Shown piece by piece: positions 29,350 to 43,515 of a stretch of 44,022 bases of DNA (position 1 is the first letter of the stretch; the number at the start of each line of letters is the position of its first letter). A model generated the notes under the pieces. The model was given only the letters and a program-made list of their open reading frames with translations, was not told the DNA's origin and searched no databases. The stretch lies in the NCBI GenBank assembly GCA_002269645.1, contig NIVC01002396.1, forward strand, positions 134,399-178,420. Reading direction: 5' to 3'. Made by a program: the position numbers and the translations under genes. This stretch comes from Macrostomum lignano. Its lineage: Eukaryota.

Positions 29350-31859
29350 ATGTCTCTATGGAGTTATTTTCAAGCATCCGGTGCTGGCGGTGCCGGCGGC
29401 GAAGCCCCTAGCGGCGCTGATACAGTTGAAAAACTCTGCCACCGGCTAGAGTCCTCCACACTTATTGACGACAGACGCGACGCTTTGCGAGCTATAAAAT
29501 CTTTGTCGAAGAAATTCCGGTTAGAAGTTGGCACCCAGGCTATGCGGCTGCTGTGCGACGTGCTGGAGAAGGACCGCAGCGATCCAGACCTCTGCAGCTA
29601 CTCGCTGGAGTCCCTGCTCAATATTGTTAGCTGTGATCCTCAGGTGTGCGACTGCTGAGGCCCTGGGATAGGGGTTGCTCAGTGCTCACTGAAGCACTGG
29701 GATAGGGGTTGCTCAGTGCTCACTGAAGCACTGGGATAGGGGTTGCTCAGTGCTCACTGAAGCACTGGGATAGGGGTTGCTCAGTGCTCACTGAAGCACT
29801 GGGATAGGTGTTGCTCAGTGCTCACTGAAGCACTGGGATAGGTGTTGCTCAGTGCTCACTGAAGCACTGGGATAGGGGCTGCTCAGTGCTCACTGAAGCA
29901 CTGGGATAGGGGTTGCTCAGTGCTCACTGAAGCACTGGGATAGGGGTTGCTCAGTGCTCACTGAAGCACTGGGATAGGGGTTGCTCAGTGCTCACTGAAG
30001 CACTGGGATAGGGGCTGCTCAGTGCTCACTGAAGCACTGGAATAGGGGTTGCTCAGTGCTCACTGAAGCACTGGGATAGGTGTTGCTCAGTGCTCACTGA
30101 AGCACTGGGATAGGTGTTGCTCAGTGCTCACTGAAGCACTGGGATAGGGGCTGCTCAGTGCTCACTGAAGCACTGGGATAGGGGTTGCTCAGTGCTCACT
30201 GAAGCACTGGGATAGGGGTTGCTCAGTGCTCACTAAAGGATCGGTGAGGGAGATTGTATTACTTACAGTAGTGTTATTAAGAAAGTCGTGCATTTTCGGC
30301 TACTTCAGGAAGAAGCGGAGCCTGGCCAAGCTGAGCTGTGCAGCCAGTTCGCCGAGATATTTGTCAAACAGTCTGCCAACGTGCACCTGGTGCTGGAGTG
30401 CATCGACGAGACCGACAGTCGAGTCCGGGTGCCGGCCCTTCGCGCCCTGGCCGCCCTGCTGGAGTCCCAGACCAAGGCCACTCAGGAGCACATACTCACT
30501 TTTCCGCAGGGCTGCGGCCGGCTGATTGACGTGCTCACCGATCAGCGCGAGTACGTGAGAAACCTCGGCATCCTGCTGCTGGTGCACCTGACCAGGACCA
30601 ACACTAACATACAGAAGATTATCGTGTTCGAGGACGCTTTTCCTCGCCTGTTGGAGATTATCTCGGCGGAGGGCTGCTCTCACGGCGGAGTTGTTGTTGA
30701 GGACTGCTTGCGCATCCTGCTGAACTTGCTGCGATCTAATCCGCCCAACCAGACCCTGTTTAGGGAGAATTCCTACATTGCCCAGCTGCCCGTGTTCTTT
30801 GAGGATGCCGACTCTGGCGACGAGGGCGGCGCCGGTGGCAGCGATGCTGAAGGCTGGTATGTCTGTGCGTGTCTGCAGGGGATGTGTGCACCCTGGCGCA
30901 CTTTAAACGACATTGTCGCGCAACCGGCGAAAGGCGCATTACTGCCCATTCCGCCGACCCCTGACTTTCTAATTGTTAGGCCTGTACACTCACTGTGTTT
31001 TGGGGGGGGGGGTTGGCCCTCAAGGCCGTTAATTGCACAAGTAAAGCCAAGCCGGGATTTCAATATCAGCCACAAGTTAATGCGACCGCAAGAACGTCGC
31101 GCCAGACCACTAGGCTACGGCCTCCCTCAGCTGCCGTATCCTTATTACGGAACAAAAGTCCTGCTGTAACTCTATTAACACGTTGCCATACAATCGCCGC
31201 AGGTCAACCCAACGCGTAACCAACGTGCTCCAAATGCTGTCAGTAATTCGAGTCCTGGTGTCGCCTCAGAATGCCAGCCAGAACACGCGAGCCTCTCAGC
31301 GGGCCATCCTGCAGTGCGGCCTGTTGGCCCGCCTCACCGCGATCCTCATGGCTAGCGGCGTGCCCGCCGAGGTGCTGGCCGAGACCATCAACACCGTCGC
31401 CGAGTGCATTCGCGGCTACGAGGAGGCGCAGAAGTTTCTAGCAGCAGTTGAAGCGCCCGCTAATCCGCCTCGGCCGGCCATCGTTGTGCTGCTTATATCT
31501 ATGGTAATCTTTCTTGTGTTGCTTCTGAGCCTTCTTATTCTTCCCTGCGTCAGCCCATTACCGTCTGTGTCTGTCTGCCTGTCTGTCTGTCTGTCTGCCT
31601 GCCTGTCTGTCTGTCTGTCTTTCTGTCTGTCTATGTCTGCCTGCCTGTCTGCCAGTCTGTCTGTCTGTCTGTCTGTCTGTCTGCCTGTCTGTCTGCCTGT
31701 CTGTCTGTCTGTCTGTCTGTCTTTCTGTCTGTCTATGTCTGCCAGTCTGTCTGTCTGTCTGTCTGTCTGTCTGCCTGCCTGTCTGTCTGCCTGCCTGTCT
31801 GTCTGCCTGTCTGTCTGTCTGTCTGTCTGTCTGTCTTTCTGTCTGTCTATGTCTGCCAC

Positions 31860-31904
<45 letters not shown>

Positions 31905-31960
31905 GTCTACCTGGCTATTTCTGTCTGTCTATGTCTGTCTGTCTTTCTGTCTGGCTGTCC

Positions 31961-32006
<46 letters not shown>

Positions 32007-35000
32007 GAATCCGGCTGAATGATGTACATCATCTTCTCTGTCCCTCTGTGTCTGTCTGGCTCTCCGAGCATCAGTAGTCACTGTATCTGATCTTGAGCAA
32101 TACTCCATTCACCAAAAAAAGTTTTCTATATACACCTAAGCCTGCATTGCGAATCCTAGTTCTCTACTTACAGTAGCATTCCAAGCCTATTATTCTATTA
32201 TAGGAGTATTATTATCAAGCGCCCAGATTGAAATAAATTAGCTTACACAATTCTAACAAATCCAGGTGAACGAAAAGCAGCCGTTCCCCTGCGCCTAGCC
32301 GTGCTGTACGCATTCCAGTCCTATCTGTTCCGCAATCCCGACGGTCAAGCGGCTGTGGTCAGCACCCTGCTGCCGGCGTCGGCCGAAGCTACCAGCAGCA
32401 TCACTGCTGGCCAGTTGCTCTGCGCCGGCCTGTTCTCTAGCGACTCGCACACGGCCTGGCTGGCCGCTGTCTCCCTGCTGCACGCCGTTCACGGCAACTC
32501 TGTCCAGAAGGAGCAGCTGCTCCGCGTGCAACTGGCCACCGGGCTGGGCTCGCCGCCTGTCAGCCTGCTGCAGCACTGCGCCAATCTGCTCACTACTAAT
32601 CCCAGTGCTAGGTGAGGGCTGGCAGTCTGATGACCCTTCTAGATCCCCATATTGTCAGCTGATATCTTTCCAGTTCCTCTAATTGAGATGCCATACTCCT
32701 AGATCTTCAGTTGCTATGTCACCGCCACACTGCCAGATCCCCAGTTGCTAGGTCACCGCTACCCTGCCAGATCCCCAGTTGCTAGGGGCCGCTACCCTGC
32801 CAGATCCCCAGTTGCTGTCCAGAAGGAGCAGCTGCTCCGCGTGCAACTGGCCACCGGGCTGGGCTCGCCGCCTGTCAGCCTGCTGCAGCACTGCGCCAAT
32901 CTGCTCACTACTAATCCCAGTGCTAGGTGAGGGCTGGCAGTCTGATGACCCTTCTAGATCCCCATATTGTCAGCTGATATCTTTCCAGTTCCTCTAATTG
33001 AGATGCCATACTCCTAGATCTTCAGTTGCTATGTCACCGCCACACTGCCAGATCCCCAGTTGCTAGGTCACCGCTACCCTGCCAGATCCCCAGTTGCTAG
33101 GGGCCGCTACCCTGCCAGATCCCCAGTTGCTAGGTCACCGCTACCCTGCCAGATCCCCAGTTGCTAGGTCACCGCTACCCTGCCAGATCCCCAGTTGCTA
33201 GGTCACCGCTACCCTGCCAGATCCCCAGTTGCTAGGTCACCGCTTCCCTGCCAGATCCCCAGTTGCTAGGTCACCGCTACCCTGCCAGATCCCCAGTTGC
33301 TAGGTCACCGCTACCCTGCCAGATCCCCAGTTGCTAGGTCACCGCTACCCTGCCAGATCCCCAGTTGCTAGGTCACCGCTACCCTGCCAGATCCCCAGTT
33401 GCTAGGGCGCCGCTACCCTGCCAGCTCCCCAGTTGCTAGGTCACCGCTACCCTGCCAGATCCCCAGTTGCTAGGTCACCGCTACCCTGCCAGATCCCCAG
33501 TTGCTAGGCGCCGCTACCCTGCCAGATCCCCAGTTGCTAGGTCACCGCTACCCTGCCAGATCCCCAGTTGCTAGGTCACCGCTACCCTGCCAGATCCCCA
33601 GTTGCTAGGTCACCGCTACCCTGCCAGATCCCCAGTTGCTAGGTCACCGCTACCCTGCCAGATCCCCAGTTGCTAGGTCACCGCTACCCTGCCAGATCCC
33701 CAGTTGCTAGGGCGCCGCTACCCTGCCAGCTCCCCAGTTGCTAGGTCACCGCTACCCTGCCAGATCCCCAGTTGCTAGGTCACCGCTACCCTGCCAGATC
33801 CCCAGTTGCTAGGTCACCGCTACCCTGCCAGATCCCCAGTTGCTAGGTCACCGCTACCCTGCCAGATCCCCAGTTGCTAGGTCACCGCTACCCTGCCAGA
33901 TCCCCAGTTGCTAGGTCACCGCTACCCTGCCAGATCCCCAGTTGCTAGGGCGCCGCTACCCTGCCAGCTCCCAGTTGCTAGGACGCCGCTACCCTGCCAG
34001 ATCCTCAGTCGCAGTGCCACACAGCTCTTTGCAATCGCAACATTGTCCACTCTCCAGATGCAAGCTGGGCCTACTTCAACTACTGGGCGGCTGGCTCACC
34101 CAGTGCCCCCTAGTAACCAAGGCGTTTCTCAATTGCGCCAGCAACGTCAACCAAGCCCTAGCCGAGCTGCAGGGCTCCGACCACACAGAAGAGGAAGGCC
34201 TAGTGAAGGCGCTCTACGCTTACCTATTAGGCGCGTGCTTTCTGGCCGGGCACACGGACCTCATGGCCCTGGTTGAGAGACGTGTCGGAGCCGAGCCGTT
34301 TCTCGAGTGTCTGGGCAAATTGTCCAAGTCTGAGGTGAGTGCGCGCTATGTCCCCAGTGCTGTCATACTATTTCCCCAATACTGTCATACTATCTCCCCA
34401 ATGCTGTCACACCATCTACCCAGTGCTGTCACACCATCTCCCCAGTGCTGTCACACCATCTCCCCAGTGCTGTCACACCATCTCCCCAGTGCTGTCACAC
34501 CATCTCCCCAGTGCTGTCACACCATCTCCCCAGTGCTGTCACACCATCTCCCCAGTTCTGTCACACCATCTACCCAGTGCTGTCACACCATCTCCCCAGT
34601 ACTGTCACACCATATCCCCAGTACTGTCACACAATCTCAGTAGAATATCTCACACCACAGCTTCTCCTACTGGGCTGTCACACTAGGCTATCGCCCCCAT
34701 ACTCAGCAGTTCCCAGCCCCCCCCCCAGTCTGCAGCAAGCCAGGCCAGCCGCTCCAACCACCTCCCCTTCACAGGTGTTTGTGAAGTCACTGAAGTCGCC
34801 GCAGCCGCCCTCGCAGCCCAGCCTGGACTACGAGTTTAGCCGGATGTTCAAATCGGCCGAGCCCGAAATTGCCAGGGCTCTGGGCGCAACGGGCGGCTCT
34901 GGTGGGTCCGGGACAGGCGGACTCGCACAGCAGTTCACCGAGCACGAAGCCGTCGTCACCCAGTACAAAGACCTCATCAAGGAGCAAGACTCCCGCTATA

Positions 35001-36437
35001 GGGAATTAAAAACTCGATTCGACGCCTTGCAAGCCGGCAGCGAACAGTTGACGAGAGAGAAGGCCAGCTTGGAAGAGACTGTACGCAGCCTGCGCGATCA
35101 GAACACCGTGTTGAAGGCGGCGGCGTCTGGCCGCTCCGGCCTGGCCCCGGCTGTCGCCTCCGTCGCCGCCTCGGCGTCAACCGCCAGCTCGTCAATGCCG
35201 TCCGGCTTGGACCAAGTTGGCCAACAGACGTCAGACTCTTCATCATCGCTGGTGCAGCAGCTGCGGGATCAGCTGGCAGCTAGGGAGACTGAGCTATCTC
35301 ACCTGCGGGCCGAGCTGGACACTGTGAGAAAGTCATCGCCTTCTCCGGCCGCCGCAGGCTCCTCGGGTGGCTCCGTTGTCGAAGCCGCAACCGCCTATTT
35401 TCCCGACGACTACGATCAGGTATGCAGTATTGATTGGGGCATTGTGTACTTTGTGAGCCGGTCTTCAGCTAATGTTATCCTTTTTATCTCTTGCATGAGC
35501 CTTCCCACCACTAGACCTAAACAGCCTCAACCTAGACCTGAGTCACTCCATCATCCTAGACCTGAGTCACTCCATCATCCTAGACCTGAGTCACTTCATC
35601 ATCCTAGACCTGAGTCACTCCATCATCCTAGACCTGAGTCACTCCATCATCCTAGACCTGAGTCACTTCATCATCCTAGACCTGAGTCACTCCATCATCC
35701 TAGACCTGAGTCACTCCATCATCCTAGACCTGAGTCACTCCATCATCCTAGACCTGAGTCACTCCATCATCCTAGACCTGAGTCACTCCATCATCCTAGA
35801 CCTGAGTCACTCCATCATCCTAGACCTGAGTCACTCCATCATCCTAGACCAGAGTCACTCCATCATCCTAGACCTGAGTCACTCCATCATCCTAGACCTG
35901 AGTCACTCCATCATCCTAGACCTGAGTCACTCCATCATCCTAGACCTGAGTCACTCCATCATCCTAGATCTGAGTCACTTCATGAAGCATGTCACCTGAA
36001 GCATGTCACGGCAGACCTGAATCACGCCTCGCCCAGGTGAAGCTGGAGAACGCCAATACCGGGAGCGCATCGCGGAGCTGGAAGAGCAGGTAGCTGAGGT
36101 GGCCAAGCTGTCGGCTCTACGCGACAGCCTTCAGCGGCGCATTGACGAGCTGCTGGTGATCGAGGCCGAGCGGGACCAGCTCCGAAGCGAGCTGGCACAA
36201 CAGCAGCAGCCGGAGGATACTCAGGAGCTCAAGCAGCAGCTAGATGAGCTCACTAGCGAGCGCGACAATCTCAAATCTGAGAACGAAGACCTCTTAGTGT
36301 TGCTTAGCGACCAAGACTCCAAGCTGGAGGCTCTCCGTGAACAGGTGAAAAGTCTGGGCGGCAAAGTTGACGAAGAGGACGACGAGCCCGTCGATCTTGA
36401 AGAGGGCAGCGATGGTGCAGAGTACGAGGATAATTGA
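29350..36437 (+). CDS. USO1: General vesicular transport factor p115
   Basis: Exons 29350-29643 (SGADTVEKLCHRLESSTLIDDRRDALRAIKSLSKKFRLEVG), 30309-30856, 31203-31503 (WSTQRVTN...PRPAIVVLLISM), 32266-32611 (VNEKQPF.LRLAVLYAFQ), 34058-34334, 34775-35419 (LDYEFSRMFK, coiled coil), 36037-36437 (ENEDLLVLLSDQDSKL, acidic tail). All GT-AG with consistent phases except two -1 shifts (~32286-32289, ~36052-36054). AATAAA at 36510-36515. Confidence 0.93.
29662..30237. repeat. 34-bp intronic minisatellite with palindromic core
   Basis: Unit gggataggggttgctcagtgctcactgaagcact in USO1 intron 1. Confidence 0.96.
31562..32006. repeat. Imperfect (CTGT)n microsatellite
   Basis: Inside USO1 intron 31504-32265. 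Confidence 0.96.
32500..33129 (+). repeat. 315-bp tandem duplication spanning the 3' part of USO1 exon 4, its donor and the intron start
   Basis: 32500-32814 is repeated at 32815-33129 (ctgtccagaaggagcag...gctaggtgagggctggcag...). Confidence 0.93.
32690..34005. repeat. 34-bp intronic minisatellite
   Basis: Unit ccccagttgctaggtcaccgctaccctgccagat. Continuous from ~33020; first units at 32690-32814. Confidence 0.95.
34350..34636. repeat. 22-bp intronic minisatellite
   Basis: Unit cccagtgctgtcacaccatctc in USO1 intron 34335-34774. Confidence 0.94.
35530..35975. repeat. 24-bp intronic minisatellite
   Basis: Unit cctagacctgagtcactccatcat in USO1 intron 35420-36036. Confidence 0.96.
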
Positions 36438-36654
36438 GCTGCGGATAAGACGCCACTTTCCATTTCTATATAAGCTTACCAAATCTTGAGGGAATGCGGT
36501 GTGTCAGTTAATAAAGCCCTTTGTCTCTGTGTAAGTCATATATAGTCATTTAGCTATTCGTGTGTGCCTGCATAGATTAATTATGCTAATTATGTATTGA
36601 TTTGCTTTGCTCCGGGTTCTTGTATCTATTGTAGTCACAATTATTTTATTATTA

Positions 36655-37125
36655 AATTGTTTAAGCGTCAACTTGGGTGTTTAAGAATCAAAATGCGTGT
36701 TTAAGAATCAAAATTGTTGTTTAAGCATGAAATTTTGTGTTTAAGCATCAAATTGGGTGTTTAAGAATCAAAATGGTTGTTTAAGCATCAAATTGAGTGT
36801 TTAAGAATCAAATTGAGTGTTTATGCATCAAATTGAGTGTTTAAGAATCAAAATGGGTGTTTAAAAGCATCAAATTGGGTGTTTAAGAATCAAATTGGGT
36901 GTTTAAAAGCATCAAATTGGGTGTTTAAGAATCAAATTGGGTGTTGAGGAATCAAATTGGGTGTTTAAGAATCAAATCGGGTGTTTATGCATCAAACTGG
37001 GTGTTTAAGAATCAAAATGGGTGTTTAAGAATCAAATTGGGTGTTTAAGAATCAAATTGGGTGTTCAAGAATCAAATAGGGTGTTTATGCATCAAATTGA
37101 GTGTTTACGCATCAAATTGAGTGTT
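36655..37125. repeat. 20-bp intergenic minisatellite
   Basis: Unit gtgtttaagaatcaaattgg, downstream of the USO1 polyA signal. Confidence 0.92.
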
Positions 37126-37789
37126 GAAAAGCATTATATCGAACAGTACTGCAGATGCAGTGTTAATTACCCATGGCTTAGTTCAATCGGTTCTCCTTAC
37201 TCTCCTGTGGTATTAAACCTCTGCACCAATACTCTGCGGTGGCTGGCAATGACATTTGTTTTGCTTTTATTTACTGATTGTCAATCCAATGATTGCACAT
37301 CCATCTATATTCAGGGTCATACATGTTTAATGTACGGCTAATCTTGTCAAATATTACACTTACTCATTAATCATTTACTTACCTGGTTGCCACCCAATAC
37401 TCGAAAGCAGAATTTCAGACCAGCGGGTGTTTGGTTTGGCTCCAGTTGCTCTTGTGCATGCAGTGACTTACTGCTTTCGTTGCCTAAATATGTTTTTAAT
37501 TCCTTCAATTTGAAATTGCTTTTGTTTGATCAGTGTACCTGTTCCTTTCTTGCGTGTTACTGTTGTTTAAAGTTGCTACAATATTTGTCAATTTTTCTGA
37601 GATTTCTGATCGAGGCGAAACATTTTCATTAGGTACCGTATGGTTGTATTGTCGATTATATATAGACTGTTAATCTATGCAAATATATATTGTTTTTAAT
37701 GCCAATGCGCGTTTGACGTGTTTGAACTGCTCCTCTTGTCGTTTTGGAACACCAAAAATAATAATCTCACTGTACTTTAAATTGCCCAC

Positions 37790-39478
37790 TATTCACCCAT
37801 AGAATCGCCCTCTATTCACCCATAGAATCGCCCTCTATTCACCATAGAATCGCCGTTTATTTACCCAAAGAATCGCCCTCTATTCGCCCATAGAATCGCC
37901 CTCTAATCAATCATAGAATCGCCCTCTACTCACCCATAGAATCGCCCTCTAATCAATCATAGAATCGCCCTCTACTCACACATAGAATCGCCTCTAATCA
38001 ATCATAGAATCGCCCTCTATTCGCCCATAGAATCGCCCTCTATTCGCCCATAGAATCGCCCTCTATTCGCCCATAGAATCGCCCTCTAATCATCCATAGA
38101 ATCGCCCTCTATTCACCCATAGAATCGCCCTCTATTCGCCCATAGAATCGCCCTCTATTCGCCCATAGAATCGCCCTCTATTCACCCATAGAATCGCCCT
38201 CTATTCACCATAGAATCGCCCTCTATTCGCCCATAGAATCGCCCTCTATTCACCCATAGAATCGCCCTCTATTCACCCATAGAATCGCCCTCTATTCGCC
38301 CATAGAATCGCCCTCTATTCACCCATAGAATCGCCCTCTATTCACCCATAGAATCGCCCTCTATTCACCCATAGAATCGCCCTCTATTCACCCATAGAAT
38401 CGCCCTCTAATCACCCATAGAATCGCCCTCTATTCACCCATAGAATCGCCCTCTATTCACCCATAGAATCGCCCTCTATTCACCCATAGAATCGCCCTCT
38501 ATTCACCCATAGAATCGCCCTCTATCACCCATAGAATCGCCCTCTATTCACCCATAGAATCGCCCTCTATTCACCCATAGAATCGCCCTCTAATCAATCA
38601 TAGAATCGCCCTCTACTCACACATAGAATCGCCCTCTAATCAATCATAGAATCGCCCTCTACTCACCCATAGAATCGCCCTCTAATCAATCATAGAATCG
38701 CCCTCTACTCACACATAGAATCGCCCTCTAATCAATCATAGAATCGCCCTCTACTCACACATAGAATCGCCCTCTATTCACCCATAGAATCGCCCTCTAT
38801 TCACCCATAGAATCGCCCTCTATTCACCCATAGAATCGCCCTCTAATCAATCATAGAATCGCCCTCTACTCACACATAGAATCGCCCTCTAATCAATCAT
38901 AGAATCGCCCTCTACTCACACATAGAATCGCCCTCTAATCAATCATAGAATCGCCCTCTATTCGCCCATAGAATCGCCCTCTATTCGCCCATAGAATCGC
39001 CCTCTATTCACCCATAGAATCGCCCTCTAATCAATCATAGAATCGCCCTCTACTCACACATAGAATCGCCCTCTAATCAATCATAGAATCGCCCTCTACT
39101 CACCCATAGAATCGCCCTCTAATCAATCATAGAATCGCCCTCTACTCACACATAGAATCGCCCTCTAATCAATCATAGAATCGCCCTCTACTCACCCATA
39201 GAATCGCCCTCTAATCAATCATAGAATCGCCCTCTACTCACCCATAGAATCGCCCTCTAATCAATCATAGAATCGCCCTCTACTCACACATAGAATCGCC
39301 CTCTAATCAATCATAGAATCGCCCTCTACTCACCCATAGAATCGCCCTCTAATCAATCATAGAATCGCCCTCTACTCACACATAGAATCGCCCTCTATTC
39401 GCCCATAGAATCGCCCTCTATTCACCCATAGAATCGCCCTCTATTCACCCATAGAATCGCCCTCTATTCACCCATAAA
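37790..39478. repeat. 23-bp minisatellite, probably in a 5'UTR intron or outron of RPL26
   Basis: Unit ccatagaatcgccctctattcac with taatcaat / tactcaca variants; ends ~45 nt before the RPL26 ATG. Confidence 0.95.
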
Positions 39479-39525
39479 ATCTGTGTGCACCCGCAGCTCA
39501 GCTAGCGGCAGGCAAACAGGTCATC

Positions 39526-41210
<1,685 letters not shown>

Positions 41211-41391
41211 GTCCGGCCATGCTGAACATTTCTATTTGCCTGTTTCGTGTGCCGCGATTGTCAAGCAAACTTTATTAGTTGTAATAACAAATACACACAG
41301 ACAGCCTGTGAGCTTTGACACTGGATTGAAAAAATTATGAATTTTGTCATTTGTGTCTAAATTAATTTCACTCCAATGATGACTAAGGCAA

Positions 41392-43515
41392 TTATACATA
41401 GTGCCGACCAATCAGTCGGGAGTGACCTGATCTGGCCAGATCTGACCTGACTGCGGAACTCGCTGACATGCGTAATTTTGATAGATTGCTCTGTTGAGGC
41501 CTTGGCTCATTCGTGACTTTTCCCTGGCAAAACTTCGGATTGAATTGCAAATCAGTGGCCAAAACTGATTGATTTGATGTGATAATAAAGTTGACAGCCA
41601 ACATTTTTGTCAGTTTGAGCGTACAGAATGATTAAGATGTGTCCTGCCCTGTTCTCTAAGTCCCAATCCTGCTCTCTGAGTCCCAGCCCTGCTCTCTGAG
41701 TCCCAATCCTGCTCTCTGAGTCCCAATCCTGCTCTCTGAGTCCCAATCCTGCTCTCTGAGTCCCAGCCCTGCTCTCTGAGTCCCAATCCTGCTCTCTGAG
41801 TCCCAGCCCTGCTCTCTGAGTCCCAATCCTGCTCTCTGAGTCCCAATCCTGCTCTCTGAGTCCCAGCCCTGCTCTCTGAGTCCCAATCCTGCTCTCTGAG
41901 TCCCAATCCTGCTCTCTGAGTCCCAATCCTGCTCTCTGAGTCCCAGCCCTGCTCTCTGAGTCCCAATCCTGCTCTCTGAGTCCCAATCCTGCTCTCTGAG
42001 TCCCAATCCTGCTCTCTGAGTCCCAATCCTGCTCTCTGAGTCCCAATCCTGCTCTCTGAGTCCCAATCCTGCTCTCTGAGTCCCAATCCTGCTCTCTGAG
42101 TCCCAGCCCTGCTCTCTGAGTCCCAGCCCTGCTCTCTGAGTCCCAATCCTGCTCTCTGAGTCCCAATCCTGCTCTCTGAGTCCCAATCCTGCTCTCTGAG
42201 TCCCAGCCCTGCTCTCTGAGTCCCAATCCTGCTCTCTAAGTCCCAATCCTGCTCTCTGAGTCCCAGCCCTGCTCTCTGAGTCCCAATCCTGCTCTCTGAG
42301 TCCCAATCCTGCTCTCTGAGTCCCAATCCTGCTCTCTGAGTCCCAATCCTGCTCTCTGAGTCCCAGCCCTGCTCTCTGAGTCCCAATCCTGCTCTCTGAG
42401 TCCCAATCCTGCTCTCTGAGTCCCAGCCCTGCTCTCTGAGTCCCAATCCTGCTCTCTGAGTCCCAATCCTGCTCTCTGAGTCCCAATCCTGCTCTCTGAG
42501 TCCCAGCCCTGCTCTCTGAGTCCCAATCCTGCTCTCTGAGTCCCAATCCTGCTCTCTGAGTCCCAATCCTGCTCTCTGAGTCCCAGCCCTGCTCTCTGAG
42601 TCCCAATCCTGCTCTCTGAGTCCCAATCCTGCTCTCTGAGTCCCAGCCCTGCTCTCTGAGTCCCAATCCTGCTCTCTGAGTCCCAATCCTGCTCTCTGAG
42701 TCCCAATCCTGCTCTCTGAGTCCCAGCCCTGCTCTCTGAGTCCCAATCCTGCTCTCTGAGTCCCAATCCTGCTCTCTGAGTCCCAGCCCTGCTCTCTGAG
42801 TCCCAATCTCTCTCTGAGTCCCAGCCCTGCTCTCTGAGTCCCAATCCTGCTCTCTGAGTCCCAATCCTGCTCTCTGAGTCCCAATCCTGCTCTCTGAGTC
42901 CCAATCCTGCTCTCTGAGTCCCAATCCTGCTCTCTGAGTCCCAGCCCTGCTCTCTGAGTCCCAGCCCTGCTCTCTGAGTCCCAATCCTGCTCTCTGAGTC
43001 CCAGCCCTGCTCTCTGAGTCCCAATCCTGCTCTCTGAGTCCCAATCCTGCTCTCTGAGTCCCAATCCTGCTCTCTGAGTCCCAGCCCTGCTCTCTGAGTC
43101 CCAATCCTGCTCTCTGAGTCCCAATCCTGCTCTCTGAGTCCCAGCCCTGCTCTCTGAGTCCCAATCCTGCTCTCTGAGTCCCAATCCTGCTCTCTGAGTC
43201 CCAATCCTGCTCTCTGAGTCCAGCCCTGCTCTCTGAGTCCCAGCCCTGCTCTCTGAGTCCCAGCCCTGCTCTCTAAATGCGAGTCTCACCACCTGGAACC
43301 AAGCCAAAACCTGTGTGGCTGCACAGTTGCCAATCAATTTCCTGAGCAGTCCGTGAGCTAGCCCAGCAATCAATGCGGTTTGTCAGCTGTCAATTTTCAT
43401 AGAATTACTGAACGGCTGGGCTCCTGAGAGGTTAAAGCTGCGATCTGTCTTGAAGTGCGCGGGCAGTTTAATGATTTTCGGATCAGTGTCGTCTATTCTG
43501 CACCTATTGGGCGAC
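41392..43515 (-). CDS. Probable 3' exons of an unrecognised gene (continues beyond the window end)
   Basis: Donor CCAGGTG|gtgaga at 43290/43289 and acceptor aatcag|TT at 41565/41564 are both phase 1 and join ...GFGLVPG-VLATDLQFNPKFCQGK...HYV*. AATAAA (minus) at 41271-41276. Upstream acceptor candidate at 43516, but a TGA near 43390 needs either a frameshift or the weaker acceptor at ~43388. No homology recognised. Confidence 0.4.
41645..43275. repeat. 20-bp minisatellite with two main variants
   Basis: Units gagtcccaatcctgctctct and gagtcccagccctgctctct. Confidence 0.97.

Noticed and set aside
34445-36040. 531-aa ORF with PRPESLHH repeats
   Set aside because: Composite of USO1 exon 34775-35419 and flanking intronic arrays.
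41552-43373. ORFs of up to 587 aa (GLREQDWDSESRIGTQRA repeats)
   Set aside because: Translation of a 20-bp tandem array, open in all minus frames.
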